Source: a bacterium (GTDB lineage Bacteria; Patescibacteriota; Patescibacteriia; SG8-24). From it: 64,000 nucleotides of DNA. Shown in pieces: positions 22,685-31,371 of this stretch (position 1 is its first letter; the number at the start of each line of letters is the position of its first letter). The stretch lies in the NCBI GenBank assembly GCA_043825985.1, contig JBDRRB010000062.1:1245-65244 (forward strand), given 5' to 3'. The notes beneath the pieces are model-generated. The model saw only the letters and a list, made by a program, of their open reading frames with translations. It was not told the DNA's origin and did no database searches. Position numbers and translations under genes: made by a program.

Positions 22685-23308
22685 CTATCTCGCCGACCGG
22701 GCGAAGTTTCTTATCACTGCCCTGACCACCCCCTGAACCTGGAGCTCCTGAACGTAGAACGGCTTCATCTCGCTGTTGGCCGGCTGGAGCCTGATCCGGC
22801 CCTTTTCCCGATACATTCGCTTGAGGGTGGCGTACTCGTTTTCCAGAAGCGCCACCACGACTTCGCCGTCCCGCGGCGATGGGTTCCGCTCGACGACCAC
22901 TAGGTCCCCGGACAGGATCCCGTCGTCGCGCATCGACTCCCCCCTGACCCTCAGGACATATGTCTCCTCCGGCTTCCTGACCAGATCTGCCGGAACGTCG
23001 GTCGTTTCCGTTCCCTCGATGGCCTCGATCGGCTCGCCGGCGGTGATGATGCCCATGAGCGGCAACGTCAGCGCCGCCGCAGCCCGAGACAGGGCCGGAT
23101 CGACCTCCAAAGTCCGCGCTGTCCCCTCTCCCACCGAGAGACAGCCCTTCTGTTCCAGGTTCTTGACGTGCTCGTGGACCGTAGCGGTCGAAGAAAGGCC
23201 GAGCGCCTCACCTATCTCGCGGTAGGATGGGGCGTAGCCGTTCTCTCGGATGTATCCGGACACGAACTCCAGAACCTGATGCTGCTTTTTGGTAAGTTTT
23301 CCTTTCAT
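22685..23308 (-). CDS. lexA: LexA repressor
   Basis: Winged-helix N-terminus (GYAPSYREIGEALGLSSTATVHEHVKNLEQKG). S24 peptidase domain with Ser in VRGESMRD and Lys in ATLKRM. Confidence 0.93.
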   Translation of the reverse strand: MKGKLTKKQHQVLEFVSGYIRENGYAPSYREIGEALGLSSTATVHEHVKNLEQKGCLSVGEGTARTLEVDPALSRAAAALTLPLMGIITAGEPIEAIEGTETTDVPADLVRKPEETYVLRVRGESMRDDGILSGDLVVVERNPSPRDGEVVVALLENEYATLKRMYREKGRIRLQPANSEMKPFYVQELQVQGVVRAVIRNFARSAR

Positions 23309-23358
23309 GGTCTTGGGAATCTATCCACAATCTTTTCGACCTCGACTGAATCATACCC

Positions 23359-23373
23359 GAACAAAAACCGAAC
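23359..23373 (+). promoter_or_regulatory. candidate SOS box of the direct-repeat type (GAAC-N7-GAAC; GTTC-N7-GTTC on the lexA strand)
   Basis: cGAACaaaaaccGAACg lies 51 nt upstream of the lexA start codon, between lexA and the divergent gene. No CGAAC-N4-GTTCG or CTGT-N8-ACAG palindrome was found in this interval. Confidence 0.45.
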
Positions 23374-23445
23374 GTCAAAATCGACCCTGTGAACAACTGC
23401 CAAAGAGATCGTATTTTTGCCTCGTACGTGGTATAAACATCCCAT

Positions 23446-24246
23446 ATGGCACTAGTATTCAGCGGCATCGCCGCCCACACCCCGATCCTGATGCCGAAGA
23501 TCGGCCGGGAGGAGGGACTAAAGCTGATCGAGAAGACCTCCCAGGCCATGTCGCGCCTGGAGCAGGAGCTGCTGGCCGCCCGGCCGGAGATCATCCTGAT
23601 CATCTCCCCCCACGGCGAGATGCTGCCCGACGCCGTCACCATCAACATCAGCTCGAAGTACGTCAGCCACTTCGACGAGTTCGGCGACCTGGTGACCAAG
23701 AACGAGTGGAAGCCGGCCACCATGCTGATCGACCGGATCCGCGAGGACTTCAAGCACCAGCACCTGCCGCTCACCCTGGCGAGCGACGAGCAGCTGGACT
23801 ACGGCACCTCGGTCCCCCTCCATCACCTGACCAAGAACCTAAAAGAGATCCGCGTCGTCCCGTTCCGTCCGGCCACCACCCTGACCATGAAGCAGCACTT
23901 CGAGATCGGCGAGGCGCTCAAGACGGAGATCCTCGACTCGACCTCCCGGATCGCGGTCATCGCCTCGGCTGACCTGTCGCATCGGGTCGGCGAGAACTCC
24001 CCGTCCGGCCTGTCGACCAAGGGCGTGGCCTTCGACGACCGCATCCAGGAGCTGCTCAAGGAACGGAACCCGATCGGCCTGCTCGACATCGACGACGACT
24101 GGACCGCCGAGGCCCAGGCCTGCGGTGCCGGTCCGCTGGCCCTGCTCTTCGGCCTGATCGACCGGATGAGCATCGATCCGGAAATAATCTCCTACGAGAA
24201 GCCGTTGGGCGTCGGCTACCTGATCGCCGCCATCCGGGTCTCCTAG
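23446..24246 (+). CDS. MEMO1/AmmeMemoRadiSam-B-like protein (class III extradiol dioxygenase superfamily)
   Basis: Blocks SPHGE, DYGTSVPLHHL, SADLSHR and AQACGAGP fit the Memo/LigB-type fold. Divergent from lexA. Confidence 0.5.
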   Translation: MALVFSGIAAHTPILMPKIGREEGLKLIEKTSQAMSRLEQELLAARPEIILIISPHGEMLPDAVTINISSKYVSHFDEFGDLVTKNEWKPATMLIDRIREDFKHQHLPLTLASDEQLDYGTSVPLHHLTKNLKEIRVVPFRPATTLTMKQHFEIGEALKTEILDSTSRIAVIASADLSHRVGENSPSGLSTKGVAFDDRIQELLKERNPIGLLDIDDDWTAEAQACGAGPLALLFGLIDRMSIDPEIISYEKPLGVGYLIAAIRVS

Positions 24247-24261
24247 GCCAAGCGACCGCCC

Positions 24262-26142
24262 ATGTACGCCCAGGTGATCCCGTCCGTCCGGCTGCCGAAA
24301 AACCTCGGATCATACGACTACGCGGTACCGGAAAGGTACCGCGGTTTGGTTCGCCGCGGCTCTTGGGTGATCGTCCCCTGGCGCGGCCGGCCGACCGGCG
24401 GACTGGTGGTCGGGACGTCGGAGACCCCGTCGGTCGACGCCAAGCGCGTCGTCGAGCTGCTGGGATTCGGCGACCTGCACCCGCTGGCCGACGACCTGCT
24501 GGCCCTGCCGGACCTGATGGCCGAACGCTATCTGACGTCCCCGGCCACCGCCCTCCAGGCCTTCCTGCCCCGGACCCCCAAAACGAAGGTGATCACCGAG
24601 CCGGCCGACCCCGAAACCGACCGTCCGCCGCGGCCGACGGTGCCCCAGCCCGACCGACTGCTGATCCGCTACTCCAGTCCGGAGGAGAAGCTGGCCGAGA
24701 CGGTCCGGCTGGTCCGCCGGACGGCCTCCGCCGGGATGAGCGCGGTCGTGGTCACGCCGCACAGCTCGGAAGTTCCCTGGCTGGCCGCCGCCCTGTTCTC
24801 CGACGACGGGCCGCCAGTCGTCGAGCTGCACGGGGGCCTGTCCGCAGCCAAGCTCCGGTCAACCTGGAGGCGGCTGCTGGCCGAACCCCAGGCTGTAGTG
24901 GTCGGCACCCGCCTCGCCGCCCTGGCCCCGGCCAACTCGCCCGGACTGTTCCTGGCCCTGGAGTCGGACAGTCCCGACCTGCGGCAGTACGACCAGAACC
25001 CGCGCTACGACGCCCGCGACGTCCTGGCCTGGCGCGCCGACCGGGCGAACGCCGGCCTGGCCTTCCTTTCCCATGCCCCGCGGCTCGAGGAGTACTCCGC
25101 CGCCGCCCAAGGCCGCCTGACCAGGATCGCCACCTCGGACCGCAATCCCGAGTCCGTCCTGATCGACGTGGCCGGCAACCCCCGGGGCGAACGGTATCCC
25201 CTCTCCCCGACGGCCATGGACCGCCTGGCCGAGTCTTTACGCCAGGGCAAAAAGGTGCTAGTTTACCATAACCGCCTAGGAACGGCCGGAGCGCTGGTCT
25301 GCGGCGACTGCCGGCACGTTTTCCGCTGCGGACGCTGCCTGATCGCCCTGGGAGTCCACGGCCGCGAGCTGCGCTGCCTGCGCTGCTCGGCTTCCCTCCC
25401 CCAGCCCCTGAACTGCCCCCAGTGCGGCGGCAGCGGGCTGCGACAGGTGGGCCTGGGCACCAAGTCGCTGGGCGAGGCGCTGCAGCGGGAACTCCCCGAC
25501 TGCCGCGTGATGGCCTACGACTCCGACCTGCCCGCCGACCGGCGCGAGGCCGCCGTCGCCTCGGCCGACGTGCTCATCGCCACCCGGCTGCTGCTCCATG
25601 ACCTGGCCGAGCTCCCCTCGACCGCCCGCTGGGGCTGCGTGGTGGTCTCGGACCTGGACGGCCTGCTCTCGTTCCCCGGTTTCCGGGTGACCGAGGAGGC
25701 CTGGCGCACGGTCCGCACGCTCAAGGACGTCGCCGCCTCGTCGTCGGCCACGCTCTGCCTGCAGACCTGCGACCCGGACAGCCCCAAGATCAAGCGCCTG
25801 CTCCAGGACGAGGACGGCTTCGTCGGCCCGGAGCTGGAGGAGCGCCGGACGTTCTCCTACCCGCCGTTCGGCACGCTGCTCACGGTGACGGTCAGGGATC
25901 CCGACCGGACCCGAGCCGAGACGCTGGCCACGGAGCTGCGCGACGCGGTCCGGCAGGCGCTCGGCCCGTCCGACGGATCGGTGGCCGGCCCGATGCCGCA
26001 CCGCCGCCCGTTCCGCGACGGATCCTGGCGCAGCATGATCGTGATCAAGACCGGCGAACGGCTCCCCCCGCCGCTGCAGCGGCTTCTCGGCGGACTGCCG
26101 GACAGCCACATCGTCGACCGCAACCCGGAGACCGCCGGCTGA
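24262..26142 (+). CDS. priA: primosomal protein N' (PriA) homologue lacking Walker A/B motifs
   Basis: N-terminal 3'-DNA-binding domain (MYAQVIPSVRLP...YDYAVPE...GSWVIVPWRGR). Zinc-ribbon insert CGDCRHVFRCGRC...CLRC...CPQCGG. No GxGKT or DExH is visible. Confidence 0.75.
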   Translation: MYAQVIPSVRLPKNLGSYDYAVPERYRGLVRRGSWVIVPWRGRPTGGLVVGTSETPSVDAKRVVELLGFGDLHPLADDLLALPDLMAERYLTSPATALQAFLPRTPKTKVITEPADPETDRPPRPTVPQPDRLLIRYSSPEEKLAETVRLVRRTASAGMSAVVVTPHSSEVPWLAAALFSDDGPPVVELHGGLSAAKLRSTWRRLLAEPQAVVVGTRLAALAPANSPGLFLALESDSPDLRQYDQNPRYDARDVLAWRADRANAGLAFLSHAPRLEEYSAAAQGRLTRIATSDRNPESVLIDVAGNPRGERYPLSPTAMDRLAESLRQGKKVLVYHNRLGTAGALVCGDCRHVFRCGRCLIALGVHGRELRCLRCSASLPQPLNCPQCGGSGLRQVGLGTKSLGEALQRELPDCRVMAYDSDLPADRREAAVASADVLIATRLLLHDLAELPSTARWGCVVVSDLDGLLSFPGFRVTEEAWRTVRTLKDVAASSSATLCLQTCDPDSPKIKRLLQDEDGFVGPELEERRTFSYPPFGTLLTVTVRDPDRTRAETLATELRDAVRQALGPSDGSVAGPMPHRRPFRDGSWRSMIVIKTGERLPPPLQRLLGGLPDSHIVDRNPETAG

Positions 26143-26180
26143 CCGGCCCGCGGACTGCCCAGACACTTACCAGACATGAT

Positions 26181-26654
26181 ATGCCCACCAGAAAGATAGT
26201 GACCGTCGGCGACCCGGTGCTCAGGACCCGGGCGCAGGAAGTCGATCCGGCCGAGCTCCGGACCGAAAGCTTCAGGCAGCTCGTCTCCGACATGGTCGAG
26301 ACCATGAGGCTGGCCCCGGGAGTCGGACTGGCCGCGCCGCAGGTCGGCATTAGCAAGCGGGTCTTCGTCGCCGACACGCCGGACGGGGCGATCGCCCTCG
26401 TCAACCCGCGCTTCACCCGCATGTCCAGGAAGACCGTCGGCTACGAGGAGGGCTGCCTGTCGGTCCCGGGCCAGTACGACACCGTCCGCCGGTCCAGGGA
26501 GGTCGACGTCGAGGCCCTGACCGCCTCCGGCGAGCCGATCAGATTCACGGCCAAGGGCTTCTTCGCCCGGGTGATGCAGCACGAGATGGACCACCTGGAC
26601 GGGATCCTGTTCCTGGACCGCATTGCCGAGCAGCGCCACGAGGGAAAGAAGTAA
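26181..26654 (+). CDS. def: peptide deformylase
   Basis: Motifs GVGLAAPQVG, EGCLSVPG and QHEMDHLDG (HExxH). Confidence 0.95.
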   Translation: MPTRKIVTVGDPVLRTRAQEVDPAELRTESFRQLVSDMVETMRLAPGVGLAAPQVGISKRVFVADTPDGAIALVNPRFTRMSRKTVGYEEGCLSVPGQYDTVRRSREVDVEALTASGEPIRFTAKGFFARVMQHEMDHLDGILFLDRIAEQRHEGKK

Positions 26655-26670
26655 GGTGATCAACCGAGAA

Positions 26671-26874
26671 ACCTCCATGCCATTCCCGCTCCGATGCTTA
26701 TCGGAACAGGCTAGGACGGAAATCCACGATCTCTAGACCTCCATGCCATTCCCGTTCCGATGCTTATCGGAGCAGGCTCCGACGGGATACGTCGTTCGCG
26801 AATGATGTATCGGGAATCCACGATTTCTAGACATCTATGTCATTCCCGCGAAGGCGGGAATCCACGATCTTCAG
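26671..26874 (+). repeat. three tandem graded copies (66, 94, 44 bp) of a hairpin repeat between def and fmt
   Basis: Each unit starts acMtcYatgYcattcccg and ends gRaatccacgatYtYYag. The arms cattcccg and cgggaatc form a 7-8 bp stem. The loop is 4 nt in unit 3 (gaag) and roughly 29 and 57 nt in units 1 and 2. Confidence 0.85.
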
Positions 26875-26926
26875 GCCGTTACTCGCTATGGCGATGGCGC
26901 AGATAAATCAAAAGTAATTCACCAAC

Positions 26927-27877
26927 GTGAACCACCTAACCCGCATCATCTACTTCGGCACCGCCGAATTCGCCGTCCCCGCGCTCCGGGCTCTTTTGGA
27001 ACGGCCGGAATCATATGAAGTAGCGGCGGTGGTCTCCCAACCCGACCGCCCGGCCGGACGGCGCGGTGAGCTGAAGCCATCGCCGGTCGCCGCCCTGGCC
27101 CGTTCGGCCGACCTGAAGCTGCTCCAGCCGGAGAAGCTCGACCAGGCGGCGATCGACGTCTTGCGTGACCTGTCGGCCGACCTCTTTATCGTCGCCGCCT
27201 ACGGCCAGATCCTGCCCCAGACGGTGCTCGACCTCCCCCCGCACGGCACGCTCAACCTGCACGGATCGCTCCTGCCCAAGTACCGCGGCGCCTCGCCGAT
27301 CCAGACGGCCATCCGTGACGGCGAGCCGGAAACCGGCGTGACGCTCATGCTGATGGACCGCAAGATGGACCACGGCCCACTTCTGGCTTCGGCGATCGAG
27401 ACCATCCGACCGGACGACGACTACCTGGGACTGTCGGAACGACTGGCGGACGATGCGGCCGATTTGCTTATACAAAACCTCCCCGGCTACCTGGCCGGCG
27501 AACTGAAGCCGAACGAGCAGGACCATGAGGCCGCTACTTTCACCAAAATACTGAAGAAGGAGGATGGCCGGATCGACTGGACTGCGGATTCCGCCGTCGA
27601 GGTCGAACGCCGGGTGCGAGCCTACCGTCCCTGGCCGGGCACGTTCTTCGACTGGACTGACAGAAAAGGACAGACACTAACGGTCAAGCTGCTGCGGGCC
27701 GAGCTAGCGAACGCTGAAGATTCTTCAGGAAAGATCGGCGAGCTACGGACCGGCAGCCGGGGCTCCCCCCTAGTTACTTGTGCCGACGGCCGGACTCTAC
27801 GCCTGCTCGAGGTCCAGCCGGCCGGCAAAAAACCGCTTGCTGGCCCGGACTTCTCCCGCGGGTTTCTAAAGAGCTGA
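26927..27877 (+). CDS. fmt: methionyl-tRNA formyltransferase
   Basis: GTG start. IYFGTAEFAVPAL, HGSLLPKYRGASPIQ (formyltransferase catalytic motif) and a C-terminal domain. Confidence 0.92.
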   Translation: MNHLTRIIYFGTAEFAVPALRALLERPESYEVAAVVSQPDRPAGRRGELKPSPVAALARSADLKLLQPEKLDQAAIDVLRDLSADLFIVAAYGQILPQTVLDLPPHGTLNLHGSLLPKYRGASPIQTAIRDGEPETGVTLMLMDRKMDHGPLLASAIETIRPDDDYLGLSERLADDAADLLIQNLPGYLAGELKPNEQDHEAATFTKILKKEDGRIDWTADSAVEVERRVRAYRPWPGTFFDWTDRKGQTLTVKLLRAELANAEDSSGKIGELRTGSRGSPLVTCADGRTLRLLEVQPAGKKPLAGPDFSRGFLKS

Positions 27878-27915
27878 TATGTCATTCCCGCGAAGGCGGG
27901 AATCCACGATCCTGA
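27878..27915 (+). repeat. fourth copy of the hairpin repeat, immediately after the fmt stop
   Basis: atgtcattcccgcgaaggcgggaatccacgatc is identical over 33 nt to unit 3 at 26836-26868. Confidence 0.85.
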
Positions 27916-27939
27916 TCACGACCAGATAAACCACCAAAA

Positions 27940-27975
27940 CAAAAAACCTCGCCCGACACGGTGAGGTTTTTTATT
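27940..27975. terminator. bidirectional rho-independent terminator between fmt (+) and the low-GC island gene (-)
   Basis: aaaaaacctcgcccgacacggtgaggtttttt has an A-tract on one side and a T-tract on the other. Confidence 0.65.
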
Positions 27976-28955
27976 TAAATCTCAAACTCTCTATCAATCC
28001 CCTCTAAGTGTTGTTCTAATTCATCCAATCCAGCGATGAGAGCATCAATAAAGATCTCGATTTCGTAATTCTCGAAATTACCATTAATCTTAAAAGCCTT
28101 AATCTTTTTAAAGATAAAATCTAATTTACCAATCACTTCTCTTGTGCCTGGAATACTAGCAGTTTCGGAAAGTTTACCGTAACGATCTTCCAACTCACTT
28201 TTTATACGCTCATACAACTCACAATGATAGTCAAAGGTCGGCCATGCCAAATGATTGTCCCACTGGATACCGTACATGCGACGCCTTTCATACAAAGTGG
28301 GTTTGTCAAAAAAACCAGCTAATTTATTTTCTTTAAACTTTATTTTATGTTCTAGTTCTCTTTTTCGAATCTCTTCTGCGATCTTTTCTAATTCTATCTT
28401 TAGACACATGTCCTGCTCGCAAATAATGTCAGTGAACATTATTTGTTTCCTCCCTGTTTCAGAGTGGCCCCACAAAAGATACTCGAACCCATCTTTGCTC
28501 AAAGTCGAACGATCAATGGTGCAATAGGTTATTTCATCATTCTCAAATAAAGATTTTTTTCCTTTGTTTTTAGTTTTAGTGGGATGTCCAATTGTTTCGT
28601 TTCTAATTTGTCTAATTTTAGACAAACCGGGGTATTCTTCTTTCCATTTAATTTCTTCTTCCTCTCCAAACAAAGATTGTTTCAAAAAGTTCACAGCATC
28701 TTGTTGGATAAAAAGAGCCTGCAAAAGACCGTAAGTTTGCAAATATGGATTCTCAAAAAAAGAATTATTTCGGTCCTCTTGGAATGTTTCGATGGCAAAG
28801 CAAGTATCTGCAATTGTATCTAAGGCCACACAAAATTGATCCCAATCTCCTTTCTGTTTTATTAAAAACACTTCATTCTTTGTCACCACGGACTCATTAA
28901 AAAGATCTCTTATTTGACGATTAGTTTCCGCAATTTTCATTTTCTCTCCAACCAT
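27975..28955 (-). CDS. hypothetical protein encoded on a low-GC island (possible HEPN-like Rx5H motif)
   Basis: The ORF is about 1 kb of clearly AT-rich DNA flanked by >60% GC sequence. A likely start is the second Met (nt 28940), preceded by GGAGAGaaaATG. It contains KIRQIRNETIGHP (R-x5-H). I recognise no other family. Confidence 0.55.
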   Translation of the reverse strand: MVGEKMKIAETNRQIRDLFNESVVTKNEVFLIKQKGDWDQFCVALDTIADTCFAIETFQEDRNNSFFENPYLQTYGLLQALFIQQDAVNFLKQSLFGEEEEIKWKEEYPGLSKIRQIRNETIGHPTKTKNKGKKSLFENDEITYCTIDRSTLSKDGFEYLLWGHSETGRKQIMFTDIICEQDMCLKIELEKIAEEIRKRELEHKIKFKENKLAGFFDKPTLYERRRMYGIQWDNHLAWPTFDYHCELYERIKSELEDRYGKLSETASIPGTREVIGKLDFIFKKIKAFKINGNFENYEIEIFIDALIAGLDELEQHLEGIDREFEI

Positions 28956-28964
28956 ATCTAATAA

Positions 28965-31370
28965 TCATTCTTTCCGCTTCATCGACACTCCCCACGCCGC
29001 CAGGACCATCAGCAGGCCGAGGCCCAGCGGGTGGTTCAGGTAGGGACTGAAGACGTGTGTGGCGAGCAAGGCGGCCAAGCCGGACAGGACACCAATGACA
29101 ACCAGCCGCTCCCGTCCACCGAATCGCCGTAGAGCCAGCAGGAACGGCCGCACAATCGCCGCGATCAGCCAGGCATAGACGGCCAGCCCCAACAGCCCCA
29201 GCTTGATCCAGAGGTCATGGTAGCCCCACTCGAAGGCGTAGGTGGTGTAACGTCCGGTCGGATTGTCCACGAGCAGCCGCGGGTCGCTGGTGGTGTAGGT
29301 CACCTCGGTCCCCAAGCCGGAACCAAGCAGCGGATGCCGCAGGCCGGCCCGCCACAGTTCGGGCAGCAAGGACCAGCGGCTGTTGGCGGCCGCCTCCCCG
29401 GAGATGGAGAACGCCCGACCGCTCAGGAGCGAAGCGAACGACATGTCACCGGTGCCGGACGGATAGGGCACCGTATATACCGCGGCCATGATCAGTACGG
29501 CCAGCAAAACGGCCAAGGGCGGCACGGCCAGCAACCGTTTCCACAGACCTCGCCCCGCCCCGGTCCGCACCAACAGGACGACCAGCACGATCACCCCAAT
29601 CAAACCTCCGAACCAAAAGCTGCGCGACAGCCCGAGCAGCAGACCGACTCCACCCCAGACCAGCAGACCAAACGGAAACCAAAACGTCCGCCCTTTCAGC
29701 AGACGCGGGGCAGCTGCCGTCAGTAACCACAATCCGCCTACAGCAACCAGCACGAACAAATGCGACTGAAAGAAAACTCGGTGGAAGTCAGCCGTGACTA
29801 AAGTCACCTCCCCGACTCGAGTGTCGCGCACCCACAGGTACATGTTGGAGGCGACATCGTAGAGCCGGTGCGAAAAGAAATACAGCACGGCCAGAGACTT
29901 GAGCACGGAAACCGAAACGGCCGCCGCCAGGAGCGTCCAAAGTGGGCCCAACTTACCTCGCAGATCCCGCCAGCCTTCCAGCACGGCCGGAAAAAGCGCC
30001 AAAAAGGCGTAGCCATTGGCGTCGAAGAAGACGTTACCGAAACCGTTTCCCGCCAGCAGCCCACGCAGCGACGCTAAAGCCAGCACAGCCAAGAGCGCCA
30101 AATACGGCCAGAGGAGGCGTCCCCACCGCAGGTCGTTAAACCACTCCAGCGAAGGAACCTGTCGTCCTTCCCTAATCCGTCGCCCTAACCAAATCAGTGT
30201 CCGTGCTGCCCAGACCCCAAAGACGACCAGAAACAAACCCATGCGCAGCGACAGCACCGCTCCCTGCACGTTGGCCGGACCGACAGCGAACCCGTAGCCG
30301 CCCTGCGACCCCATGACCAGCTCGACTAGTATGGCCAGCAGTCCGTAGCCCGGCCGTCGCCAAGTCAACAGTACGACCGCCAACATTAGTCCGGCAAAAA
30401 TGACCTGATTGACCGCCGGCAGGTTGTAGCCGATCCAGGACAGCAGCTCCAGGGAAAGCAGACCAACCACAGCAAAAGCGAACGTCCAGCCCGGCGCGCG
30501 TAGGCGAGACAGCGACGACCGCCAGCCGACCACGCCCTGCAGCGCCCAGGCCAGCAGCATCGAGACCGGATGCAGCAGCGCCAGCACCAGCCAGTCCAGC
30601 CGCCCGCCGTGCTTGCGCAGATAAGTTCGCGCACTGGCGTTCCAGAAACGCTGCTTGGTCAAGCCGAACTGCTGGGCGAAGCTCTCTCCCCCGTGATGGA
30701 TCACCTCCACCTCCGGCGTATAGCCCACCCGCCAGCCGGCCTGCTGCACCCGCCGGCAGTAGTCCACCTCCTCGAACCAGATGAAGTAGTCCTCGTCGAG
30801 CGGCCCGATCTTGTCCAGCACCTCCCGCCGGATCAGGAAGACCGCCCCCATGACCTGGTCCACGTCCGCCGCCTTGGCGTAGTCGAAGCCGTCGCACATG
30901 TACTGCCGCATCGGCCCGAAGCGCGGCAGCAGCCGGTGCAGCTTGAGCGCGACCAGCACCTGGTTCGACAGCCGCGGAAAGCCGCGCACCGACTCCTGGT
31001 GCGTGCCGTCGGCGTTCAGCAGGTGCGGCCCGAGCACACCCAGCCCCTCATCGCCCCGCATGATCTCGACCAGCCTAGAGAGCGCGTTGTCCTTCAGCTC
31101 GGTGTCCGGATTCAGGAGCAGCACGAACTTGCCCTTGGCGACCGCGATGCCGGGATTGTTGCCGGCGGCGAAACCCACGTTGCCGGGGTTCTCGATCAGC
31201 CGCACCTGCGGGAACTCCTGACGGACCATCTCCACGCTGCCGTCGCCCGAGTCGTTGTCGGTCACGATCACCTCGAACTCCAGCCCGGACGTGTGCTCGA
31301 AGACCGACCGCAGGCACTTGCGCAGCAGGTCCTTCACCTTCCAGTTGAGAATGACGATGCTCAGGTCCAT
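28965..31370 (-). CDS. family-2 glycosyltransferase fused to a large polytopic membrane domain (O-antigen ligase/polymerase-like)
   Basis: N-terminal IVILNWKVKDLLRKCL...VIVTDNDSGDGS (GT2 DxD). The C-terminal ~550 aa have at least 10 hydrophobic helices. Confidence 0.75.
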   Translation of the reverse strand: MDLSIVILNWKVKDLLRKCLRSVFEHTSGLEFEVIVTDNDSGDGSVEMVRQEFPQVRLIENPGNVGFAAGNNPGIAVAKGKFVLLLNPDTELKDNALSRLVEIMRGDEGLGVLGPHLLNADGTHQESVRGFPRLSNQVLVALKLHRLLPRFGPMRQYMCDGFDYAKAADVDQVMGAVFLIRREVLDKIGPLDEDYFIWFEEVDYCRRVQQAGWRVGYTPEVEVIHHGGESFAQQFGLTKQRFWNASARTYLRKHGGRLDWLVLALLHPVSMLLAWALQGVVGWRSSLSRLRAPGWTFAFAVVGLLSLELLSWIGYNLPAVNQVIFAGLMLAVVLLTWRRPGYGLLAILVELVMGSQGGYGFAVGPANVQGAVLSLRMGLFLVVFGVWAARTLIWLGRRIREGRQVPSLEWFNDLRWGRLLWPYLALLAVLALASLRGLLAGNGFGNVFFDANGYAFLALFPAVLEGWRDLRGKLGPLWTLLAAAVSVSVLKSLAVLYFFSHRLYDVASNMYLWVRDTRVGEVTLVTADFHRVFFQSHLFVLVAVGGLWLLTAAAPRLLKGRTFWFPFGLLVWGGVGLLLGLSRSFWFGGLIGVIVLVVLLVRTGAGRGLWKRLLAVPPLAVLLAVLIMAAVYTVPYPSGTGDMSFASLLSGRAFSISGEAAANSRWSLLPELWRAGLRHPLLGSGLGTEVTYTTSDPRLLVDNPTGRYTTYAFEWGYHDLWIKLGLLGLAVYAWLIAAIVRPFLLALRRFGGRERLVVIGVLSGLAALLATHVFSPYLNHPLGLGLLMVLAAWGVSMKRKE

Positions 31371-31371
31371 A

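Noticed and set aside
23309-23445. Cheo-box (CGAAC-N4-GTTCG) or E. coli-type (CTGT-N8-ACAG) SOS palindrome upstream of lexA
   Set aside because: Neither palindrome is present. Only the GAAC-N7-GAAC direct repeat was found and reported.
24310-26166. Multiple long ORFs (both strands) overlapping priA
   Set aside because: The PriA frame has the N-terminal DNA-binding and zinc-ribbon signatures. The others are Arg/Pro/Gly-rich.
26671-26874. Possible CRISPR array between def and fmt
   Set aside because: There are only three units. The units have conserved ends and variable centres, which is the reverse of repeat-spacer architecture. No cas genes are in the window. It was reinterpreted as a hairpin repeat family.
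29217-30297. Several + strand ORFs (169, 93, 69 aa and others) inside the 801-aa glycosyltransferase gene
   Set aside because: They are antisense to a gene with a clear GT2 domain and TM region. Sequences are Gln/Pro/Arg-rich.
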